In this document: piece by piece, positions 57,630 to 64,000 of the stretch
How positions within the stretch are numbered: the stretch's first letter is position 1
Layout: each line of letters starts with the position of its first letter
IMG/VR virus record: IMGVR_UViG_3300031576_000006
Span: 52,232-116,231 of that record
DNA: 64,000 bases
Reading direction: 5' to 3' (one strand)
Source: a virus
The notes under the pieces: generated by a model
Told to the model about the DNA's origin: nothing
What the model saw: the letters and a program-made list of their open reading frames with translations, nothing else
The model's database searches: none
Position numbers and translations under genes: made by a program

Positions 57630-58567
57630 CAGCCCTTCCTTAATTCCATACCCATATTACTTATAGGCATAGGTTTTTCTTCAGGTTCAAAGTTTTCACC
57701 AACTGGATAATTATCTTCATGATAGTTCGGTTCGACCTCAACGGTTTCTTTAAAGTCTCGGCTATTCTTCAATCGTGTAAGGATTACATTAAGTTCTTGT
57801 TTCAAGATAATGTGGCCCTGTATTACTTCTTTCATTTCATCGATCGACAAACCTTTTGATTGTACTGCCAAGTCTTTTGCCATCGCCCTGTTTTTGAGCT
57901 TAGCCATATAATAGGCCATACGTGCGGCAGCGATTGGATACTTTACTTCAACTACTGAAGCGAAGCGTCCGGGGCGTCGTAGGCGCAAAGGAACTTTATC
58001 TATGTAGTTCGTGGTTGCCATATAGATAACGTTTTCTTTTTGAATTTCACCATCCAACAAAGAAAGGAGGGTCGCTTCATATCGTGCGGCCATACGGTCA
58101 AATTCTTCGAATACTACCATCGTTAAAACATTTGGAGAAATATCGTCGATCACCTTGTATGCGACTCCCAAAAGGCGCGGATCATCAACATAAATCACTA
58201 TGCCGCCTAAGGCTACTACATCTCTCATGACGCGCTGTACGATTATGGTTTTTCCAGTACCCGGACTTCCATGCAGAAGGGCACTGCGTTTGTATAAGTA
58301 TCCGTATTTTTTAAATAATTCTCTAATTTCATTTTGTAAAAACAATTGTAGTTCTTGAGTGACCTGTTCATACTCAGGCGAAGGAAGGTCTAAGATCTCA
58401 TCTGACAAAGCTTTGGCTTCTTCAAACCAAAAAACAACACGATTAATGTCAATATGTGGAGTATATATTCCAGGAGGTAGTCGTGTAAGAATTTCACCAA
58501 AATCTCTATTGGCAGTCAACTTGTTATTTTGACGACTAAAACTGTGGTAGGTTTTTGCTTCGCTCAT
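57629..58567 (-). CDS. AAA+ ATPase
   Basis: Walker A GSPGTGKT, Walker B VVFEE, TTN....P....RPGRF. Confidence 0.9.
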   Translation of the reverse strand: MSEAKTYHSFSRQNNKLTANRDFGEILTRLPPGIYTPHIDINRVVFWFEEAKALSDEILDLPSPEYEQVTQELQLFLQNEIRELFKKYGYLYKRSALLHGSPGTGKTIIVQRVMRDVVALGGIVIYVDDPRLLGVAYKVIDDISPNVLTMVVFEEFDRMAARYEATLLSLLDGEIQKENVIYMATTNYIDKVPLRLRRPGRFASVVEVKYPIAAARMAYYMAKLKNRAMAKDLAVQSKGLSIDEMKEVIQGHIILKQELNVILTRLKNSRDFKETVEVEPNYHEDNYPVGENFEPEEKPMPISNMGMELRKG

Positions 58568-58815
58568 TTTGCCTCCACCGTGTCGAGTTCTTTGATATCT
58601 GACTCCATAATCCTAAATGCGTCTCGATATTTAAACGTGGATAGGTCTGGATAAGGATTTGATCTATCTACAATTTCTGCGTCCAATTCACCGCGCTTCT
58701 TGAAGCCTTCAAGGAAGGCCCATTTTGCAATTAATTCTTCGCGTGTGTTTTGAATATCGGTCTTTTCATATCTATCATAAATATATTCTTCGACCAGTTG
58801 TTTTTTTGATTTCAT
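58564..58815 (-). CDS. Hypothetical protein
   Basis: 83 aa, coupled. Confidence 0.6.
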   Translation of the reverse strand: MKSKKQLVEEYIYDRYEKTDIQNTREELIAKWAFLEGFKKRGELDAEIVDRSNPYPDLSTFKYRDAFRIMESDIKELDTVEAK

Positions 58816-59570
58816 TCTTTCTCCTTAGTTGGCTCCATATCAATATTTTCTTGTTGAAATATTGTAAGTTCTGGGAATTGTAAGGCGGTCAGCTTGCCAA
58901 GTCCATCTTTTTTGTAATTTATATAACAACATCCAGTATCGATATTTGCATAACAATCCTTAATTCTTGGATTATCACCATGCGGTGTGTGTCCAAATAC
59001 GTTATAAACACCCGGAATTGCTTTGATATTAGGAACTCTGTTCCATATCATAGAATTCTTGAATGTAAAATCATTCCATCCATCTGCCATACTATCTTTG
59101 CGATGCCATACGGGGTGGGCTGATGAATGCGTCACCAATAAGTAACGATCTTTTGCATCTTTCACATCTGGATATTCCAAATAGTAGGGAAGTTCGTCCA
59201 TCCAAAGCAGATCCGATTGAAGCTGTTCATTGTTTTTAATGGCTTCCAGATTATTAATAGAATCAATGCCGTAGCTTTCAAGCGTAACCTGTCCGCCATT
59301 ACGAACAAAATCACCGATATTGTCATTATAGAGCAAGGCACTAACCATCATAAATTCGTGGTTGCCCATAACGCAATCATAGCCACGTTCCCTGACGAGT
59401 TTAACGATCTGCGCCGAACGTGGACCGCGATCGACAAGATCCCCGCCCAATGCGATCTTTTGATCTTTGGGCAATTTATCAATCAAAGCAACGAATGTAT
59501 TATAACATCCGTGCGGGTCTGTAATGACGATGATACTATTAGGTAAATCGTTTGATGGTGAGGAATCCAT
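58812..59570 (-). CDS. Metallophosphoesterase (Ser/Thr phosphatase-like)
   Basis: D.HG, GDLVDRG, GNHE, FGHTP, IDTGC; likely start MDSSP at 59570 with AAGGA RBS. Confidence 0.9.
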   Translation of the reverse strand: MDSSPSNDLPNSIIVITDPHGCYNTFVALIDKLPKDQKIALGGDLVDRGPRSAQIVKLVRERGYDCVMGNHEFMMVSALLYNDNIGDFVRNGGQVTLESYGIDSINNLEAIKNNEQLQSDLLWMDELPYYLEYPDVKDAKDRYLLVTHSSAHPVWHRKDSMADGWNDFTFKNSMIWNRVPNIKAIPGVYNVFGHTPHGDNPRIKDCYANIDTGCCYINYKKDGLGKLTALQFPELTIFQQENIDMEPTKEKE

Positions 59571-59733
59571 GTCTTTTATCCTTATATTCACGTCTAATTG
59601 ATGGATCTTTAGATTGTTTTTTGAATGCAAAACAAAAATGTTCATTTTGTCTAATATGTAAAGGGCGAATACTTTGGCCTATATATCTCTTTCCGTTAAA
59701 AACATTCAATGCACAGTAGATTATCCCTGTCAT
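59539..59733 (-). pseudogene. Truncated GIY-YIG endonuclease remnant
   Basis: GIIY...N..NGKRYIGQS...L..R..EH, then similarity is lost; only 64 aa. Confidence 0.65.
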
Positions 59734-60359
59734 CTGTTTCTCTTCTCTTCCAAAAGCTGCTTGGCTTTGATAACGGCCTGTGCTGACAGTGGGTGCCCAT
59801 GGGGAAAGTCAACGGCAAATGGATATTCATCCATATTGATACCCAAGTCTTCACCCATTTTAACCCATTTGCGTTCCATCATGTCATAGTCGTAATCGCT
59901 GATAAGGGTATCGGCCATCTCATAATAGAGATACTTGTGGACCAAAAGATCAAGCATAAGACTGCGCATCTCTGGGCTCATCTTGGCTTCGATTTCATGA
60001 TATTTTCTGTATGTTTCAGTCATTCTAATATCTTCCATTTTCCCCAAAGCCTCTTTTATTTTGGCAATGGTATCTTTGATTATAGAGTAATTGTCCATAA
60101 CTTTCAACTGATCAATTGCAACTTCCAAAACTTCTGTTGCGATTTTATATTGTGATTGGAATATGTCGCGTTCTTTTTGTACGAAATTTTTAGTAGACCT
60201 CAGGTCTTCTGCAAATTTCTGTTCTTCATTAAGTTCCTTCTCGGAAGCTTCTAACATATTAATAATCCAAACAAAATCATCACATTCTGGTCGAGGATCT
60301 GTGATCAATGGATTGGTCTTTTTTATGTTTTCTAGCTTCAGTTTATTTTCTGGTGTCAT
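59730..60359 (-). CDS. Coiled-coil protein with C-terminal NAD-ligase domain Ia-like module
   Basis: LVHKYLYY......ISD..YD motif; likely start 60359 (TAATG overlap). Confidence 0.65.
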   Translation of the reverse strand: MTPENKLKLENIKKTNPLITDPRPECDDFVWIINMLEASEKELNEEQKFAEDLRSTKNFVQKERDIFQSQYKIATEVLEVAIDQLKVMDNYSIIKDTIAKIKEALGKMEDIRMTETYRKYHEIEAKMSPEMRSLMLDLLVHKYLYYEMADTLISDYDYDMMERKWVKMGEDLGINMDEYPFAVDFPHGHPLSAQAVIKAKQLLEEKRNR

Positions 60360-60604
60360 TACTGATACCTGAGCGTTGCACTCTTGAATAATATGCCGGA
60401 GCAAACCACACCATAGATCGTATGGCCGTTTTTAGTACCCCTGAATCCTGTGTGATACCAATCGTCCTTACTACAAGAGAAAAACTGATATCCGGTCATT
60501 TCAACATTTGTAATTCCTTCATATTCCGCAACGCGCCTAGCTTCAGGTTCATTAGTGCAGGCGGCCATGGCCAAAAATAAAAGTACCAAAAGTTTTTTCA
60601 TCAT
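60359..60604 (-). CDS. Putative lipoprotein
   Basis: MKKLLVLLFLAMAAC lipobox-like; GY.FF.CS.DD...TGF...GVVC.G. Confidence 0.7.
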   Translation of the reverse strand: MMKKLLVLLFLAMAACTNEPEARRVAEYEGITNVEMTGYQFFSCSKDDWYHTGFRGTKNGHTIYGVVCSGILFKSATLRYQ

Positions 60605-60957
60605 TCTTCTCCTAATTTTTTGATTCGTTTATCGGCGTTACTAGAAATAGAGAGACCAATTTCGGTAATCCTTGATCTGCGGATAATGTTTCCTTCTCGT
60701 TCAATAATTTGACCACCAATTGCGGGTGTCAACAACTTGGCAAGATCTCTTGTTAAAAGATTATCTGGGGTATCAATCTCATACTTTAACAGATTATCCT
60801 CTTTAATAATTTTTCCAATACCTAGGGGCTTCTTTTTGTCAAACTCATAATAACAATGAACCGTTTCGGGAAGTTCAATTTGAGTATTCGGCGGGAAAGA
60901 ATCTCCAGCAGAATCCAGCTGACCATCTAAATTAAGAATTATACCCGTGAACTTCAT
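60601..60957 (-). CDS. HK97-type prohead-protease-like protein, catalytic residues apparently lost
   Basis: F.G......DS.GD.F, F(for H)D...PLG, ED..L, A(for S)IGG, I.EI.L...A...I. Confidence 0.55.
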   Translation of the reverse strand: MKFTGIILNLDGQLDSAGDSFPPNTQIELPETVHCYYEFDKKKPLGIGKIIKEDNLLKYEIDTPDNLLTRDLAKLLTPAIGGQIIEREGNIIRRSRITEIGLSISSNADKRIKKLGEE

Positions 60958-61223
60958 TTCAAGCCTCCGGTTGCCGGGAACGTGGCCGCACTAAGATTAT
61001 GTATTTTTTTCTGAAGTTGAAGTATTTTTTTAGTTCTCAGTATATCGGCCCGTTCAAGGGCTAATTCGTAAGTTTCATGCCAGTCTCTGCCTTTACCATG
61101 AAAATATTCTACGTATGAATTGTGAGATCCTGAGAGAGTTTTAACCATGCCATCCCCGCACTCTTCGACGATTACACTTCGGATACCTTGAGTTAATGCA
61201 TATTTAGTGACAAATACTTTCAT
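60954..61223 (-). CDS. Conserved phage hypothetical protein
   Basis: TKYALT.GI...DWH.T.E.A...A...R.KKI. Confidence 0.7.
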   Translation of the reverse strand: MKVFVTKYALTQGIRSVIVEECGDGMVKTLSGSHNSYVEYFHGKGRDWHETYELALERADILRTKKILQLQKKIHNLSAATFPATGGLK

Positions 61224-61233
61224 ATGATCTCCT

Positions 61234-61758
61234 TCAATAACAGACCTTACCGCGAGTAATTACGATATCAAATACTATCTTGCCACGTTTTATTTTCAAT
61301 GTCAACGAGGTACCTGGAGTTCCTATAATTTCAGGCTGGTTGATTGAAACAATGATATCACCGACCATCAGACCGGCCAAATCAGCAGGGTAACCCTCAA
61401 AGACATCTACAATGCCGTAATCATTTATGGCACGAATATAGCCTTCTCGTATGCCAATACCTCCATACCACTTGTCAGGGCACTCTTTGTCCACATTGTG
61501 CTTACGACGTTTCTTTTGTTTAGTAATAATCTCAGATTGGTGCAGTGGGGTCTCGATTAATGCAACTTCAACGATTTTGATTTTGGGGATGATATTAGCT
61601 ACATCGACGCCCTTATACCTCGCTCCACCCTCACCGCCGTCTTTGTCGCCCTTACCCTTGCCATTTCCACCGGAACCCATGGCTACCGATATAAGGAAAA
61701 TAGCATGCAATAATATACTGCTGACGAGACTTATTTTTTCATGTTTTGAGAGAGCCAT
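61234..61758 (-). CDS. Membrane-anchored PDZ-domain protein
   Basis: S.LLH TM anchor, Gly linker, YGGIGI...V.EGYPA..AGL..GD.I.....G.PGT...L.I.R. Confidence 0.8.
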   Translation of the reverse strand: MALSKHEKISLVSSILLHAIFLISVAMGSGGNGKGKGDKDGGEGGARYKGVDVANIIPKIKIVEVALIETPLHQSEIITKQKKRRKHNVDKECPDKWYGGIGIREGYIRAINDYGIVDVFEGYPADLAGLMVGDIIVSINQPEIIGTPGTSLTLKIKRGKIVFDIVITRGKVCY

Positions 61759-61952
61759 TCCGTGCGCCTTTCGCTACATATGGCATTGTAAATATTATCA
61801 GGCTTCTTAATGAACTTCTTGAGGCAGGGAGAATCAGGGTAAAGCTGCTGACAACGTATTTTTGCCCTATCTAGGGTAGTTTGATCTACCTTATTCCAAG
61901 TGCTTGTAAGATTTACAACAATAACAACAAGGCAAACGCCCTGCGAGATCAT
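61731..61952 (-). CDS. Small Cys-containing, probably exported protein
   Basis: Hydrophobic N-terminus; C...YPDSPCL...Y.AIC. Confidence 0.6.
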   Translation of the reverse strand: MISQGVCLVVIVVNLTSTWNKVDQTTLDRAKIRCQQLYPDSPCLKKFIKKPDNIYNAICSERRTEWLSQNMKK

Positions 61953-62326
61953 TTCATTCTTTCCTGAATTTGAGATTCAAGGTCTTCTTGACTGTTTGGA
62001 ACTCCTACGATCGGAATAACGTTTTGACCGTTAGTTTTTACAACGATGATGGTCGGAAGGGCATCTACCTGACGAGCCAAAGCATTATTGGTATCCACAT
62101 CGACCGCAAAAAACTCAGCCTTGCCACTCAGTTTCTTTTCAGCTTCTTCGTACATAGGGGCAATCCTTTTACAGGCACCGCACCATTTGGCGTAGAACTT
62201 AACTACAACGACTTTTCCAGAATTGACAGCTGCAAACAACTTTTCACTGGCGTCTTGTGGACCTAATTCAGTAACCGCAAACGATGGACTGGACAATAAC
62301 ATAAGCATTAAAAGTAATTTTTTCAT
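61949..62326 (-). CDS. Thioredoxin with signal peptide
   Basis: MKKLLLMLMLLSSPSFA signal; FYAKWCGACK, VDVD, LPT. Confidence 0.9.
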   Translation of the reverse strand: MKKLLLMLMLLSSPSFAVTELGPQDASEKLFAAVNSGKVVVVKFYAKWCGACKRIAPMYEEAEKKLSGKAEFFAVDVDTNNALARQVDALPTIIVVKTNGQNVIPIVGVPNSQEDLESQIQERMK

Positions 62327-63840
62327 GTTTCATTTCCTTCTTTTTTTTCGAAACGTTCTTTTTTGCCACAATCACATCCAGCACAGTATGGGGCTGGGAT
62401 GGCTTCATTTTTTATAACAGACAATTTAACGTCATGATCTTCTGGCATCGCCAGAAGGACTACTTCAACTTGATTGTTTTTGAATTTTTTCCGGAAAGAA
62501 TCTCTCAAATCTCCCATAATTTTTTCATCTAAAAATTCTTCGCCTTTCACAGTTACGACCAGGGTGTCTCCAGGCTGAAGGCTAAGTTTTTGAACATCAA
62601 CTTCATTTAGTGTAATTTCCATATTTACTACCCCCGTTTTCCATAATATACCTCTTCTGAATAAGGAACCCAATCTTTAGCTTCAAAAAATTTCTTGAAA
62701 CTAGTCTGTCTTCTTTTAAGATCGGGCTCCAAAACAAACCAAAATTCTATTGAAGATAGGTTTTGATTTTCAGCCTTGGCTTGCACCGAAGAAATGCTAC
62801 GCCGCCCATCTTTCATCAAATATATAAGTGCTTCAGGAAATGACATATTTTTCATAAGAGAGGTCCTCCATGCATACACGATGCAAAACAATAAAAAATT
62901 CCAAGAATAACGACAGATTGAACAATGCGCATAATAGCTTCGGGCCAGCCTATAGGCTCTTTCATTTATTCCTCTTCTTTTGGCATTTGACTTCCACTGT
63001 GCATTACACAAAATGTTTTGTTTGTTCCGTTTGCAACAAGACGACTATATGGCTTACCGGTCAACTCTTCTCCGCAGACGGAGCATGGCTCTATTTTTTG
63101 AACGTATTTATGAGTGGCAACACTCCACGTAATAATTTCTTCATCCGGCTTCATCATCCATTCTCGATGATTTTGATCGGCTTCGGTAAGCCTTTCTCGA
63201 ATCCACTTATTGTGACTATTTTCCTGATATACTCTGGTTTTCATGGCCGACCATAGCCTTTTAAAATAAGATTTCCAGGACATTTTATGGCCGACAGAAA
63301 TGTCTTTGGCGTACCAAGAGTATAGCTGATAAACGGATTGTTTTTCGCAATGTACGAGTCTTTTAATGATCGCTTGCACACGAAACAGATAATCCGGCGA
63401 AGCTTTATCTAATTTTTCAATTTCACGAGATGCACTATGGACTGTCATTTATTCCTCCTTTTTAAATTAAGAAGTGCCTTAAGTTTTTTCGTGGATTTTC
63501 CAATTCGAGCAAGACTTTCTCGAAGTCCAAAAACTTCTAACTGTAATTTTTTCTTATCATTAACACAATCAACACACCCTGCTTTTAATTTTTCACCAGC
63601 CTCACCCTTGCGATAAAGTTTCCTTTTCAACTCTTCAACTTCAGCCAGTGCGGCGTCCCGTTCCTTTTCTGTGCCGTAACGCTTCCTAGCTTCTTTAAAC
63701 CCATATTGCTCGGTTTTATAAAAGCTCGCAATATCAATGAACTCTTCTGCACCCTGTGGATCATATGGGTCTACATTATCAACCACCTCAGGAGTTTCTC
63801 CGTCCGGCCAGCCGATCCAAACTTTTTTAGGTTCGCTCAT
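62323..63840 (-). other. Cluster of four hypothetical genes
   Basis: ORFs 62323, 62628, 62966, 63445, co-oriented and overlapping. Confidence 0.7.
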
Positions 63841-64000
63841 TTGGAAACTCCAAACAACTGCGGCGCCCCTACACTAGAAACCAGTTTGTACTCCGGTAAA
63901 GGCATTTCATTGATTAACGCCCACTCCAACATCCACTCTTCAGTAATTTTTGCGACTTGATTTGATTGAGGTGTATCGCCCTCTAAAATTGCTAGAAACC

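Noticed and set aside
1-64000. Stop-codon reassignment
   Set aside because: Long genes are intact in the standard code and TAA, TAG and TGA all terminate well-packed genes

Overview
The window is an internal 64-kb segment of a large tailed phage with a contractile (myovirus-type) tail, read in the standard genetic code. It has three blocks. (1) 1-3953, minus strand: small early/metabolic genes (truncated dNMP kinase, CYTH enzyme, DUF932 protein) and a structured intergenic RNA candidate. (2) 4134-46272, plus strand: virion and lysis genes (chaperones, 777-aa tape measure, hub, spike, LysM/gp25 fusion, a 1854-aa baseplate J/gp6-like protein, wedge, tube-like protein, several fibre/receptor-binding proteins, M15 endolysin, GIY-YIG homing nuclease). 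Five copies of a 30-bp phage-specific motif precede genes here. The block is interrupted by accessory inserts: a plant TAA1/alliinase-like PLP enzyme, five coupled mini-paralogues inside the baseplate operon, a T5orf172-HipB-like fusion and an atypical tRNA(CAT). (3) 46232-64000, minus strand: about 45 small coupled genes including Pth2, a GGQ release-factor-like protein, HNH, DUF1643, an AAA ATPase, a metallophosphoesterase, a PDZ protein and an exported thioredoxin. I recognised no capsid, portal, terminase, sheath, polymerase, integrase, CRISPR or reverse transcriptase. The main hypotheses are (a) small early proteins that look like isolated or inactivated pieces of virion proteins (a catalytically dead prohead protease, baseplate, sheath and tube motifs), possibly decoys for host immune sensors, and (b) the divergent mini-protein cassette co-translated with baseplate genes. 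All family assignments are by-eye motif recognition; no searches were run.
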